Source: Octopus sinensis
Lineage: Eukaryota
Reading direction: 5' to 3'
DNA: 64,000 nucleotides
NCBI RefSeq assembly: GCF_006345805.1
Contig: NC_043010.1
Location: forward strand, 8,804,001-8,868,000
The translations under genes were made by a program, and so were the position numbers. Below, one piece after another: positions 23,250 through 37,908 of the stretch. The stretch's first letter is position 1. The number at the start of each line of letters is the position of its first letter. A model generated the notes under the pieces. That model did no database searches, was not told the origin of the DNA, and saw only the letters and a program-made list of their open reading frames with translations.

Positions 23250-23475
23250 CAGACACACATATATTTATATATACACATACAATTTTATACAAATATATAA
23301 ATGTATCTAAATACACAGAGTATATGTATATATATATATACATATACATATATTTTATAGATAGCTATATATCTCTTTTCCTCTCATTCTTTCCTTCACT
23401 CTCTCTTTACACACACACACACACATGTAGATAGAGAGAAAAATAGATGGACAATAGATAAATAAATAGATAAAC

Positions 23476-23525
<50 letters not shown>

Positions 23526-24505
23526 ATAGATGGAAAGATGCATACATACATACATACGTACATACATGCATGCATGCATGCATACATACGTACATACATA
23601 CATACATAGAGAAATGCAAATATTTGTATATTTATATGTATATTTGTCCATGCCTGTGCTATTTCACATGTCACATAAAATGCAAGAGAGCTTGTCAGGC
23701 TTCACATCAATGAAAATGTGTCAAACAATATTAGGCAGAACCTACACTGGACTACAACATCACATTATTGTGTATCACATGATGAAAACCAATCAAAATT
23801 CTTCAGCAGGAAAATTTTGTTTAGCATTTAAGACCAAGGATATTCCATCACAATATCTAAGAGTACATAAAGTAATTGTTTTCTATTATTATTTTTCGGA
23901 AACGGTCATGACTACAATTAAAAAAATTCATTTTGCATGATTGTGCTACAAGTTTCTAGGTACAATTTCACTGAATGGTATTCTAGGTTAGAAATATAAT
24001 AGGAGGAGACTGAAGCTAGGAGTAGCTCTTTCAGTGTATCTGTGAAAGGATATAACAATTATTCAGGCCTAACATGCCTGCTAGTTAAGGTAGGCATACC
24101 TACCAAAAGGGGGTCTTTTCCATTAAATGTAAAAATTCTTTCCAACATCCCAATATTTTCTACCACAGTCTCTGTATATTGACCAATATATTATGATTGA
24201 AATTTGGTCCATGGAAACTGTGGAATCCTATTATATATATTATTGGGTGTGTAGTTAAGAGGCTGACGTTGCAATCATGTAGTTCTGGTTTCAGTCTTAC
24301 TGAACGACATCTTGAGTAGGTGTCTACTATAGCCTCAAGCTAACCAATGTAAGTGAATTTGCTCACCAGAAACTATATTGAAACCTATATAAAGATATAT
24401 ACAGATATGTATATTTACACACACATACACACACACACACATACACACACACACACTCTTACATATTATTTATATATAAAAAAAATAATCATCCCAAAAT
24501 ACAAA

Positions 24506-24548
<43 letters not shown>

Positions 24549-24905
24549 ATATATACACAAACATATTTACATACAACAGAAGATGCATGTGTGTGTGTTT
24601 GAGTGTGTATGTGTGTGTGTGTCTTTGTATCTGTGTTTACATCCCTGCAACTTAGCAGTTCAGCAAAAGAAACTGATAGAATAAATACCAGGCTTTAAAA
24701 AATAAGCACTGAGGTCAATTCATTTGACTAAGATTTTTCAAGTCAGTGCCCCAGTATGGCCATAGTCTAATGACTGAAACAAGTAAAAATGTCATATATA
24801 TCTGTGTGTGAGTGTGTGTGAGAAGAGAAAAAGAGAGAGATAAATAGTTAGATAGATATGTATGATTTATGTGTGTGTGTGTATTTGTGTATATATATGT
24901 ATAAG

Positions 24906-24937
<32 letters not shown>

Positions 24938-25011
24938 CTTATACATATATATATATACACAAATACACACACACACATAAATACATACATATCTATATAT
25001 ATATATATCAC

Positions 25012-25081
<70 letters not shown>

Positions 25082-26010
25082 CATATAAGCATATGTATTA
25101 TATAGTATGTGCACAATACATACATACATACATAAATGCATACATATAAAATTGAACTATACACACAAATTCTCTGAAACGAACTTAGGAAATGGACCTA
25201 ATGAAATATACAGTCTTCACCGGATTCCTTTGATAACGAAAGGAACTCCTAAGAAATAAATAAACAAGTTTAATAAATAGAATTTACAAAACTATCTTTT
25301 AATGTTGTCTAGCTGTTATGTATTGGCTTTTAGAGAAATATAAAGACATAAAAAAGGGGCTGTTCTTCTTCTTGTTGTTTAGCCCTAGGTCATCTTCAAT
25401 GAACAAAACTATGATCAAAAGATTCTAGCAATGACCATCCCATCTTTTTAAAGCTATTGCGTACTACCTTGAATATTATATACATCCAATGAGTACATTT
25501 TTAAGGCACATGGTGTGATCTGAGGGAGATTTGGCTGTTATTTTTTGTGAGTCATACGTCCATCATTATATTTTCAGTTATTGCTCTGCAGCCAATCTAG
25601 GATATCATCTTGAAAAATTTTAGTTGAAATGATGGCCTATAGTATTTGTTTTTTTTAGGTCTGGTACACACTGTATTGGTTGGTTTTACTAAACCATTAA
25701 GATATGGAGACATAAACAAACCAACACTAGTTGTCAAGTGGTGGTAGGGTATACACACATATGTATATACATATACGCCGCCCACACACATACATTCACA
25801 GGCATATATATATAAGATAAGTAACTAGTTCTAAAATCTCTATAAGAGATGCAAGTAGTATCTCAGGTAATGTTGCTAACCAGCTGGAGGAGGTGTTTTC
25901 CTGGGGTTAAAAATGTAGTAACATTGTTCCGTATGGAACAGCCATGTTGAAGTAGCAACAAACATTAGTTTTTATATACATACATACGCACACATACATA
26001 CATACATACA

Positions 26011-26060
<50 letters not shown>

Positions 26061-26899
26061 AATCAAAATAACTAACAGGATTTCAAGTAGTAATGCAGTT
26101 TGACCATTTCAAGCAGCTCCATTTAATCGAGCAATGTAGTCATTACATCTATTTAAATACAGCGCTATCTTCAGCTGCACAAAAATATGGAACTTCAACA
26201 AGCATGACACGTCAATATAATTTTTCTTAAATATTTCAACAAAGCAAGTGGATGGAAGAAATTCATGTTGTCACTATTGTGGCAAGAATGACTAAAAAAA
26301 CAGACTGCTGTTTCTTAGAATAGTGGAGTAATAGGGTTGTAATCGATTTCCGATTTATCTCTTTATCATCTCCTACAATCTGAGATTAGAAGACTGCGTA
26401 TATTTAGAATAAAGAGCAAAAGTGAGTTCACAGCTCATGGCTAGCTATTGGTCATAGATTTTGTCATAGGTACCTCTCTACCCACAAGAAAAACGAACCA
26501 AAACTTTATGAAGATAGAAGGAACTGTTGGGCTGACTTTAATTCATGATGTTAACGATGCAAAGCAATATGAAACTTAAGATGCTATAATGTGATTTAGG
26601 AAAAATATTCGGGGCTCATTGGGGGAACGTTTATAAGCAATATTATATGTTTTATAAAAATAAGACGAATTTTTTAAAAATTCAAGAAAATGATATCATA
26701 ACCAAAATAGCAAAAAGGTGTGCATGTGTCAGTTTTAACCATTAAAAGGAAGATTACTATTATGTAGAATCAATTTAATACCTCTTCTTTGCTTAATTAA
26801 TTAACTATTCAGTGCTCTCTATAATGATCACTCAAGCCACTTACATATGGGATATCTTGAAAGTTATACATACTATCCATTGATTGGAAGTAATGAATC

Positions 26900-27170
26900 A
26901 GAATAATAAGGTAATGATAATACATAAACAATTAAATATAAATATGCTAGAAAAATATGTACAGATATAGGTAGGTGTAATAATATGAAATAATGCATAC
27001 AGATACATATGCAATAAGGGGGTATTTATAAATAATATATATATATATATATTATACATATATACATATATATACATATATATATATATGTGTGTATATA
27101 TATATATACATATATATATGTATATATGTATACATATATACATATATATATGTATATACTATATATATAC

Positions 27171-27201
<31 letters not shown>

Positions 27202-27406
27202 TGTATAATATATGTATAGATATATATGTATATATGGATTACATATATATACCATATAATGTAATATATACATATGATATACATATATACATATATACAA
27301 TATTTATACATATATATATAGGTATATATATGTATATATATATAGTGTGTGTATATAATATATATATATATATATAGTATTATATTAATATATAATATAT
27401 ATACAC

Positions 27407-27437
<31 letters not shown>

Positions 27438-27459
27438 TACACCCATTATATATATAGTA

Positions 27460-27509
<50 letters not shown>

Positions 27510-27520
27510 ACAGATATATA
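26900..27520. repeat. ~600-bp (TA)n-rich tract
   Basis: Direct reading. Confidence 0.95.
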
Positions 27521-27633
27521 TATTGTACCTTTTTAACATTACAGTGACTCTGCTGCACTTTTTTAACCTCAAGAGGACATCTCTAACTGACTAATGATGC
27601 ACAGCTGAATCCGATATATATATATATATATAT

Positions 27634-27825
27634 CGAGTGGTACTTGTGCGAGCAGAAACGACCACTCGGAAGACCTCCATGATGCTGGAGTTACAATTTT
27701 AGGAGGGCGATTGGGACTACATGGATAAGGAAGGCATGATCCAGGGAGGAGTGGACAGTGTGCTGTGACCAGCGATGTCAAATGGACACCCGACGGACTG
27801 GCCAGTCAAGGTGGTCAAGATGATG
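27634..27825 (+). mobile_element. Degenerate RTE-clade LINE 3' fragment
   Basis: WYLCEQKRPLGRPP*CW...IGTTWIRKA*SREEW matches the RTE C-terminal KRPxGRPPxRW...W..R..W pattern; ends in gatgatg. Confidence 0.65.
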
Positions 27826-28756
27826 TATGTCTATGTGTGTGTGTTTGGTGTGTGTGTGTGAGAGAGAGAGAGAGAGTGTGAGTATGTGTGTGTGCATGTA
27901 CAACAGTCTTCCAAACAGTTTCCTTCGACCAAATTCATTCACAAGGCACTGATTGGCCCTGAGCCTATAATAGAAGACAAGGTGCTATGCAGTGGAATTG
28001 AACCCAAAGCCACATGGTTGTAAGCAAGCTTTTTTTACCACCAACCATGCCTAAAAAGAAATCACGCACACATACTTTCTCACACACACATACATACACA
28101 TACTTACACGTACACACATACAAAATAATATAGATGCGATGGCCATGGCTGATACACTTTTGATCATAGACCTGTTCGATCATAGCTGACCTGGGGCTAA
28201 ACCATAAGATATAAAAAAAGACAACCACAACAGCTAGAAGCAAATATATTTGAAGTGTTGCAGAGATGGCTTTCCTCTGGTCCTACCCACATTCTCTTGT
28301 CATGGCTTGCCAAATTCAGAATGACAACAGCTTGTAAAACTACACTAACTTAGTTATTGATACAGTTTTTACAATCTTTGTTTATGGCTTGTATCTGCTG
28401 TCAGACACCTAATAAGTTTGAAGCGTACCTTGTCGCTTCACAATAGAATTGATAAAACACAACGAAAACCCACTCTTCCAATGAATGCTGATGCAAAATA
28501 TTATCTCTCCTCTATCTGTCCACATTACTGTCTGTCTGTCTGTCTCTTTTCCCAATCCCTTCCTTACTCTCTTTCTCTCTCTCTCACACACACAATATAT
28601 ATATATACACACATACACATTCACACATATATACACACATACACATTCACACATACACACACACACACATATATATATACACATACACATACATACATAT
28701 ATATACACACACACACATACATACATATATATATATATATAATATATCATCGTCGC

Positions 28757-28804
<48 letters not shown>

Positions 28805-29141
28805 ATGTATGTGTGTATATATGTATGTATACACACAAAAATGCACACATTTGTATGTATATACTTTTGTGTATATATGCATTTGCCGATGAATGTACAT
28901 GTTGATGTGTGCATGTATGTATGGGGACACATGTACATGCATACGTGCATGAGTGTATTTGCATATATACTGTCTGTGAGGCATAAGGACTCAATACTTT
29001 ATATATAATTGTTTGAAGTCTGATAAAAACTAAACTATTCACTCATGCACTCCCTCCATTGTCAAATACATATATATACATATATATATATATATGCGTA
29101 CATACATATATATATATATAAATATATATATAATATATGTG

Positions 29142-29173
<32 letters not shown>

Positions 29174-29334
29174 ATATACTATATATATATATGTGTATAT
29201 ATATCTATATAATATATATATATATATATATCTATGTATATATATATATATACATATATATACATATATACATATATATAATATATATACATATATACAT
29301 ATATATATTATAATATATGTGTATATATATAATA

Positions 29335-29384
<50 letters not shown>

Positions 29385-29552
29385 ATATATATATATATAC
29401 ATCTACATACATACCCAGTTGAGCATGCAAGAGGTTATTTCCTACCCTTGTGTGACGGACTTCTCCTCTACATGTGAAGCGTTCGTTTCTGTTTATACAT
29501 TCAGCTTTGTATCAATTGTTCATAGGCAATATGTCATTCATGCAGACATGCA

Positions 29553-29943
29553 TAGTGGCTGTGTGGTAAGTAGCTTGCTAACCAACCACATGGGTCCGGG
29601 TTCAGTCCCCACTGCGTGGCATCTTGGACAAGTGTCTTCTGCTATAGCCCCGGAGACGACCAATGCCTTGTGAGTGGATTTAGTAGACGGAAACTGAAAG
29701 AAGCCTGTCGTATATATGTATATATATGTATGTGTGTGTGTGTTTGTGTGTCTGTGTTTGTCCCCCTAGCATTGCTGGTGTGTTTACGTCCCCGTCACTT
29801 AGCGGTTCAACAAAAAGAGACTGATAGAATACGTACTGGGCTTACAAAGAATAAGTCCCGGGGTCGATTTACTCGACTAAAGGCGGTGCTTCAGCATGGT
29901 CGCAGTCAAATGACTGAAACAAGTAAAAGAGTAAAAAGAGAGA
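29553..29943 (+). mobile_element. SINE family A, near full length
   Basis: Head, internal microsatellite, tail gtaaaagagtaaaagag. Confidence 0.9.
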
Positions 29944-30402
29944 GAGTATACAAATTATAAAAATAATTAAAAAAAAAAAAGTAGACAGTTCAATTCTACT
30001 TCTACTTCGGTGATTTTTAACCTATCGTGGGGAAAGGTGTTTGGAATGTAACACCTGCAATACTCAAGGGATTACTGTATACCAAAAACAAAATTCATAT
30101 AAAAATAATTGTCATAAACCAGTTTTTGGATGAATCCATTAAAGGATGATTTTGTGTCTACTTTCAGTCTGGATGAAAATACTCCCTGTTATCATTGCTT
30201 CTATAGCAACTGCAGTCAATCTTTATGCTCTGTTGGTTTGGTGGGCCTCTTGTTTTTTCTCTCTTAAATACATAATGCTTGGATAAGTTACACAAATCCA
30301 TATCCCAGATCAAAGCAGATATGGAGAAGTAGCTGTTATACGTGTGTATATGTGTGTGTGCAAGTGTGCATAAGCAATTATGCATACATATATATATATG
30401 AA

Positions 30403-30724
30403 GGCACGTGGCTCAGTGGTTAGAACGTCGAGCTTACGATCGTGAGCTCGAATCCCGGACCGGGCTGCGTGTTGTGTTCTTGAGCAAGACACTTTATTTC
30501 ACGTTCCTCCAGTTCACTCAGCTGTAGAAATGAGTTGCTACGTCACAGGTGCCAAGCTGTATCGGCCTTTGCCTTTCCCTTGGACAACATCGATGATGTG
30601 GAGAGGGGAGACCGGTATGCATGGGTGACTGCTGGTCTTCCATAAAACAACCTTGCCCAGACTTGTGCCTCAGAGGGTAACTCTCTAGGTGCAAACCCAT
30701 GGTCAGTGTCTGACCGAAGGAGGG

Positions 30725-30725
<1 letters not shown>
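30403..30725 (+). mobile_element. SINE family C, full length
   Basis: tRNA-like head tggctcagtggttag...cgaatccc; gtgttcttgagcaagacac segment; distinct tail; ends in an A-run. Confidence 0.85.
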
Positions 30726-30754
<29 letters not shown>

Positions 30755-30755
<1 letters not shown>

Positions 30756-31175
30756 GCGTAGGAGTGGCTGTGTGGTAAGTAACTTGCTAACCAACGACAT
30801 GGTTCCGGGTTCAGTCCCACTGCATGGCATCTTGGGCAAGTGTCTTCTGCTATAGCCCTGGGCCGACCAATGCCTTGTGAGTGGATTTGGTAGACGGAAA
30901 CTGAAAGAAGCCTGTCCTATATATGTATATATATATGTGTATGTGTTTGTGTGTGTTTGTGTGTCTGTGTTTGTCGCCCTAGCATTGCTTGACAACCGAT
31001 GCTGGTGTGTTTACGTCCCCGTCACTTAGCGGTTCAGCAAAAAGAGAACCGATAGAATAAGTACTGGGCTTACAAAAGAATAAGTCCCGGGGTCGATTTG
31101 CTTGACTAAAGGTGGTGCTCCAACATGGCCGCAGTCAAATGACTGAAACAAGTAAAAGAGTAAAAGAGTAAAGAG
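30755..31175 (+). mobile_element. SINE family A, full length
   Basis: Same architecture as 13682. Confidence 0.9.
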
Positions 31176-31186
31176 AATATACATAC

Positions 31187-31225
<39 letters not shown>

Positions 31226-31374
31226 TTATGGTGTGGCTGTGTGGTAAGGAACTTGCTTTGCAAAGACATGGTTCTGGGTTCAGTTCCTCTGTAGTTCAGT
31301 GTCTCCTACTATAGCTTCAGGCTGATCAAAGCCTTGTGGGTAGATTTAGGAGACAGAAATTGAAAGGAGCTTGT

Positions 31375-31405
<31 letters not shown>

Positions 31406-31686
31406 CTATATATAAAATAGTACTGACTTGCATGAGAGAGCCACAGAGCATGTTAGTAAAAGCAGTCTTCTCTCAAATCACCCTTTGGCATCTTAAAATA
31501 AAGGTAAGGATGAACTTTAATATATGTATCTTTCTTTTACATAGAATGATGTCAATATGGAAAAGTAGTGTATTTGTGTGATCACTAAAGCTATAAGAAA
31601 TAGCAATCAAAACTTCCCTCAAGTTACACTCTGCTATCTTAAAGAAATTTGACACAGGATAATGTTGTCTTTTAGACATTGTTTAA

Positions 31687-31878
31687 CCCTTTAGTGTTCA
31701 GATTACTCTGTTAAATGTCATACTTTTTCACTCAAATTGTTTTTAATTAATCATGCATTATCTTATAGCTTTGAGGTTTCAATGACGTGATTGTTTATTT
31801 TTAGAATGTCAATGTAGGTTTGAAAATAAAACATGTAGAATATCTGGGCCAGATATGGCCAGTTTAAACACTAAAGGG
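31687..31878. mobile_element. piggyBac-like MITE, family PB2
   Basis: TTAA on both sides; perfect 12-bp TIR ccctttagtgtt / aacactaaaggg. Confidence 0.85.
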
Positions 31879-32294
31879 TTAATGTCCTCCTTCAATACTG
31901 GCATGGGTGGGATGGTTTGACAGGAGCTGGCCAGGCAGAAGCCTGTACTATACATTTGTGTCTGTTTTGGTATTCCCTTCCTAACAGCGACCACCCCACT
32001 GAGTATGCTGAGTGCTTTTTACATGCCACCAGTACAGGCAAGGTTAATTTTGGCATGGTTTTTTACAGCTGGATGCCCTTTAAAATCCCAACCACTTTAC
32101 TGCATGGACTGGATGCTTTTCAAGTGGCACCAGCACTGGTAGGGTCACCAATACACTCCATCAGAAAAAATGGCTGATGGCTAAAATTTATTTGATCAGA
32201 GGTTTACTCAATGAAGGCTGACTGGAGATAAACTGCAGCTTAATTCAACAACAGCAACAACATCACCAGAAGTAGCAGCAGCAGCAACCGCAGT

Positions 32295-32672
32295 GGAGGC
32301 ACAATGGCCCAGTGGTTAAGGCAGTGGACTCGTGGTCGGAGGATCACGGTTTCGATTCCCAGACCAGTCGTTGTGTGTGTTTATTGAGCGAAAACACCTA
32401 AAGCTCCATGAGGCTCTGGCAGGGAGTGGTGGCAACCCCTGTTGTACTCTTTCGCTCCAACTTTCTCTCACTCTTTCTTCCTGTCTTTTGCCCCCTACGC
32501 AAGCGCTGAACCTGGATGCACATTCTCCATCCGTCGATGCTCTCGGTGTTGGGGGTTGACCTGCCTTCTCTTCTGCGGGTCTTACGAATAGCAAAGGATC
32601 ACGTTTCGAACTTCTCCCATCTTGTGAGCTCTGGGATGAAGACCGCTTCGCTCAACAAACAAACAAACAAGC
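32295..32672 (+). mobile_element. SINE family D
   Basis: tRNA-like head tggcccagtggttaaggcagtggactcg...ggtttcgattccc; body shared with 37386 and 50960. Confidence 0.8.
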
Positions 32673-33192
32673 AGCTGGTAAAATCGACTGAGCATTGCAT
32701 AAACTATTTTTGCTTGCTAGTTTGACTTCTTTACTTTATAAGTACATATTATGAGTGTTGATACAGTATTATAGGTGATTTTTGTATTATCATTATTATC
32801 AATGCCAGAGAAAACACTTAGAGATATTTCCTCAGCCCGAGTTAAAATTCCATTCTTATGGTGCTGATAAAATAAGTACCAGTTGAGCACAGGGTTTGAT
32901 GTAATTACCCAAATTTCAGACCTTGTGATAGCAGCAGTAAAAATTATTAGTACCATTAATGGATTGTGTGTGTGTGCAAGCACATGTGTGTATATTTATG
33001 TGTATGTGAGTGTATGTGTGTGTGTGTATGTATATATATATTATTCGCACACATGGGCATACATATATGTACAAGCATTCATACACATATATGATATGAA
33101 TTAATATGCATACATCCTATATGATATACATTTATATACAACTATGTGTGTGTAAATATATGTGTATGTATATATGTATGTATATGTATATA

Positions 33193-33253
<61 letters not shown>

Positions 33254-33336
33254 CACCCACATACAAAGATATATATATGTTGTATATAAACATATAAACA
33301 AATATATGTATGCATACACATGTACACACACATATG

Positions 33337-33405
<69 letters not shown>

Positions 33406-34314
33406 GTATGTATATGTGTATGTATGTATGTATGTATGTATATATATTATTTTATATATTAAAAATGTTATTTTTCCTCAACTACCATTAGAATTAGAAT
33501 TATTGTCTTAAAATACTTTATTGAACGAAGTGATCTCAGAGAAGCAACTGGAAAAGCTTTCATACAAATCTGATAATCTAATTAAAAGAATATGACAAAA
33601 ATTCCTCATGTAAGAATATATAGCAAAGCACAACAATGAACAGCAGCGTACACAAAATTTGAGAAAGTCAAAGAGGAATGTAATGTGAATTGAAATTCAG
33701 AATTGGACATCAAGTGAAAATTCAAAACATAACAAAATAACATAATAACATAATAAAGAACAGAGCTAAGCTGTTCTTAACATCAAGAGAATTATTAAAA
33801 TTGAACCAGCTAATACAGCATGAGTAATAATCCTACATGAAATTGAGAAACAATAAAATCTAAGGATATTATTGTACATTTTAGAAAATATTAAATAAAT
33901 AAGCAATTCAAGGAAATACTCCATATAATTCTTCCTCATCGTCTCAAAATTATATTTGCAGTAAAAAAAAAAAAAACAATAGTAATAAAATACTACAAAC
34001 AACAAAAAGAACACATTTTTAGTAAGATATATTTGAAAACTTTCGCACTGCCTACTGTGCTGACAAGGAATTTATATTTAAAACATATGGTTATAAATAT
34101 ACTGAAGTTACCGTTTTAGTTTTATACACAGAAAATACGAGTTAAATGCTACGTTTTGTTAAATAATCCTTTTTTATGTTAGCTATTTTCAGTTTTATTG
34201 ATTGAATTAGTCGCTGAAAGAAATGTTAAGTACTAACTTCAAGTATCTCAAGCTGGTTGTGTCAACTGAAACTGTTTACCAAAAATCATTCAATTATAAT
34301 TATTTTAAATAACA

Positions 34315-34717
34315 GGCGCAGGAGTGGCTGTGTGGTAAGTAGCTTGCTAACCAACCACATGGTTCCGGGTTCAGTCCCACTGCGTGGCATCTTGGGCAAG
34401 TGTCTTCTGCTATAGCCCCAGGCCAACCAATGCCTTGTGAGTGGATTTGGTAGACGGAAACTGAAAGAAGCCTGTCGTATATATGTATATATATATATAT
34501 GTATATGTGTGTCTGTGTTTGTCTCCCTAGCATTGCTTGACAACCGATGCTGGTGTGTCTACGTCCCCGTCACTTAGCGGTTCGGCAAAAGAGACCGATA
34601 GAATAAGTACTGGGCTTACAAAAAGAATAAGTCCCGGGGTCGAGTTGCTCGACTAAAGGCGGTGCTCCAGCATGGCCGCAGTCATATGACTGAAACAAGT
34701 AAAAGAGTAAAGAGTAA
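34315..34717 (+). mobile_element. SINE family A, full length
   Basis: Same architecture. Confidence 0.9.
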
Positions 34718-34867
34718 ACTAACAAGTTGCAGGTTTTGCATCATGTTTACTGTTTTTGCTTCCCGACCATGTGATCGCGGTTTCAATTCCACTGTTCAGT
34801 ACTTTGTTCAATTATCCTCTGCTTTGGCATCAGGCTGACCAATTTGTCCTAAGTGGAATATATATAT

Positions 34868-35267
34868 ACTCTTACTCTTTCTCTTTTACTCTTTTACTTG
34901 TTTCAGTCATTTGAATGTGGCCATGCTGGAGCACCACCTTTTAGTTGAGCAAATCGACCCCAAGACTTATTCTTTGTAAACCTAGTACTTATTCTATCGG
35001 TCTCTTTTGCCAAACTGCTAAGTTACGGGGACGTAAACATACCAGCATTGGTTGTCAAGCGATGCTAGAGGGACAAGCACAGACACGCAAACATACATAC
35101 ACACACAGACATACATATATATACAATGGGCTTCTTTCAGTTTCCGCCTACCAAATCCACTCATAAGGCTTTGGTTGGCCCAAGGCTATAGTAGAAGACA
35201 CTTGGGACTGAACCCGGAACCATGTGGTTGGTAAGCAAGCTACTTACCACACAGCCACTCCTACGCC
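34868..35267 (-). mobile_element. SINE family A with small internal deletion
   Basis: Tail-to-tail with the 34315 copy. Confidence 0.9.
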
Positions 35268-35774
35268 TATATATGTATATAAAACAGTTTCATGCACTGA
35301 TTTCATTTATATATACATGTATACATATATATATCATCATTATCTTTTAACATCCGTTTTCCATTCTGCGATGGGTTGGATGGTTTGACAGGAGCAGGCC
35401 AACTGAGGAGCTGTCCAGACAATAATTGTCTGTTGTGGCATGGTACCCCAGTCCAAGTACCCCAGTATAATTGCAGCAAGCCAATGAATCATAACAGTAA
35501 AAGATTAAGCATTAATGTTAATGGAATGTGTGATCAAATGTTTAATAATATTTACTCAGCATTCAACAGAGGTAATTCACAGTTCTCTGTCAAAAGGTTA
35601 AGAGTCTGATCAATGAACTCTGGAATTTTTATGGAAATCACAGAATACATTATTTCTAATCTGTTGTAACATTAAGTAACAATTTATTTTTCCTATTCTT
35701 TCACTAAATTCTATATAGTGCTAAAAAAAAATTACATAATGTTAATAATAATAATAATAATAATAATAGTCCTG

Positions 35775-35958
35775 AATTTGGGGGAATGGGATAGTTGATT
35801 ACATTGACTCTGGTACTCAACTGGTACTTAATTTATCGACCCTGGAAGGATGAAAGGCAAAGTCAACCTTGGCAGAATTTGAACTCAGAACATAGTGGCA
35901 GACAAAATACCGCTAAGCATTTTACCTGGTATGCTAACGATTCTGCCAGCTCACAGCC
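35775..35958 (-). mobile_element. SINE family B
   Basis: Family B pattern. Confidence 0.8.
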
Positions 35959-36027
<69 letters not shown>

Positions 36028-36052
36028 TTAATAATAATAATAATAATAATAA

Positions 36053-36415
36053 TTGAGAAAATGTGGCATCTCAAAGCGGTTACAATACTAGTGATCGTAG
36101 GAGCACTAGGAATGATCAAGAAGGGAACAGAAAATTATATGAGAATGATCCCTGGCTTACCACCCCTGCAAGAAGTGCAAAAGATTGTCTTAACTGGTAC
36201 ATCACACGTATTGAGAAGAGCATTGTCGATGTGAGAACTATTACTACCCATGTATTTTAATTTAACTTTATTTCTATCAAAAAAAAAAAATTAACGAACT
36301 AGTGACTTTAGTTTAATGGCCTACCAATGTATACTATGAGTTTCTTTGCCCTAGGAGTCGGGAAGACACTCGGCAAGAAATGGAAGCAAATTTGAAAGAA
36401 GAAGAAAACCTCATA

Positions 36416-36485
<70 letters not shown>

Positions 36486-36487
36486 GC
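36053..36487 (+). mobile_element. 5'-truncated R4/Dong-like (restriction-like endonuclease) non-LTR retrotransposon fragment embedded in (TAA)n
   Basis: 36061-36234 encodes MWHLKAVTILVIVGALGMIKKGTENYMRMIPGLPPLQEVQKIVLTGTSHVLRRALSM*, the W...V.VGALG...QK..L.GT...LRR.L C-terminal pattern of this clade; 3' UTR follows; (TAA)n on both sides. Confidence 0.75.
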
Positions 36488-36489
36488 AA

Positions 36490-36728
36490 TAGTCCTTTCT
36501 ACTGGAGGCAAAAGGCCTGAAATTTGTGGGGCGAGGGTTAGTTGATTTCATCGACCCTAGTGCTCAACTGGTACTTAATTTATCGACCCCATCCCCCCCA
36601 AAAAAACAAAGAATGAAAGGGCAAGGTGGACCTCGCCGGAACTTGAACTCCGAATGTGAAAGAAGATGAATGAAATGCTGCCAAGCATTTTGCCCAGCAC
36701 GCTAACGATTCTGCCCGCTCACCGCCTT
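36490..36728 (-). mobile_element. SINE family B variant
   Basis: Family B pattern with an alternative tail. Confidence 0.8.
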
Positions 36729-37179
36729 AAAAATAATAAATAAATAAATAAATAAACAAATAAATAAATAAATAAATAAATAAGTGAATAAATAAATAAA
36801 CAAATAAATGAAAAATATAGCTAGTCAATATGAAAATTTGAGATGTCTGTTGTTAGCAGTGGGTTAAGTAAATGTGATAACATATACAAAGGAAATTCTG
36901 TATAGTACTAACTGGCTAGCTACCAAATGTGAAATATAAGTTTCTATTGAATTTCAGATACAAATCAAATACTGTTTTCCAAATCGATCTAGGTGTTCAC
37001 TTCTTTGTTTTGACTTGCATTCAGGCAAAGAGTTAAATATGATGTCTAATGGGATACAAGATAAAAACCAATTGAACTTTCAACACAACTACTTTTTATT
37101 TACTATTTTATATATTGATATATGTGTATGTACATATATATGTGTATGTATGTATATATATGTATATATATATATATAT

Positions 37180-37345
37180 ATAAAAGCTCCAACCGATCGT
37201 GGCCGATGCCGGCCCCTCCTGGCACCTGTGCAGGTGGCACATAAAAAGCACCCACTACACTCGCGGAGTGTAGAAACTCTGCCAGATCAGAGTCGAACCG
37301 TCCAACCCGTGCTAGCACGGAAAACGGACGTTAAACGATGATATA
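37180..37345 (+). mobile_element. SINE family E with internal deletions
   Basis: One internal unit plus the ...ggacgttaaacgatgat tail. Confidence 0.8.
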
Positions 37346-37385
37346 TATACATATATATATATATACATATATATATATGTATATA

Positions 37386-37767
37386 GGAAGCACTCCGTCA
37401 GTTACGACGATGAGGGTTCCAGTTGATCTGAATCAACGGAACAGCCTGCTCATGAAATTAACGTGTAAGTGGCTGAGCACTCCACAGACACGTGTACCCT
37501 TAACATAGTTCTCGGGGATATTCAGCGTGACACAGAGAGTGACAAGGCCAGCCCTTTGAAATACAAGGTACAACAGAAACAGGAAGTAAGAGTGAGAGAA
37601 AGTTGTGGTGAAAGAGTACAGCAGGGGTCACCACCATCCCCGCCAGAGCCTCGTGGAGCTTTAGGTGTTTTCGCTCAATAAACACTCACAACGCCCGGTC
37701 TGGGAATCGAAACCGCGATCCTATGACCGCGAGTCCGCTGCCCTAACCACTGGGCCATTGCGCCTCC
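37386..37767 (-). mobile_element. SINE family D, full length
   Basis: Reverse complement head ggaggcgcaatggcccagtggttagggcagcggactcgcgg. Confidence 0.85.
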
Positions 37768-37769
37768 AC

Positions 37770-37812
<43 letters not shown>

Positions 37813-37816
37813 TATA

Positions 37817-37869
<53 letters not shown>

Positions 37870-37908
37870 ATATAGATATATATATATATATATATATAGA
37901 TATATATA

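Noticed and set aside
23530-23940. 136-aa ORF with faint GIY-YIG-like spacing (CQTILGRTYTGL...H)
   Set aside because: Key residues are missing and the first third is microsatellite.
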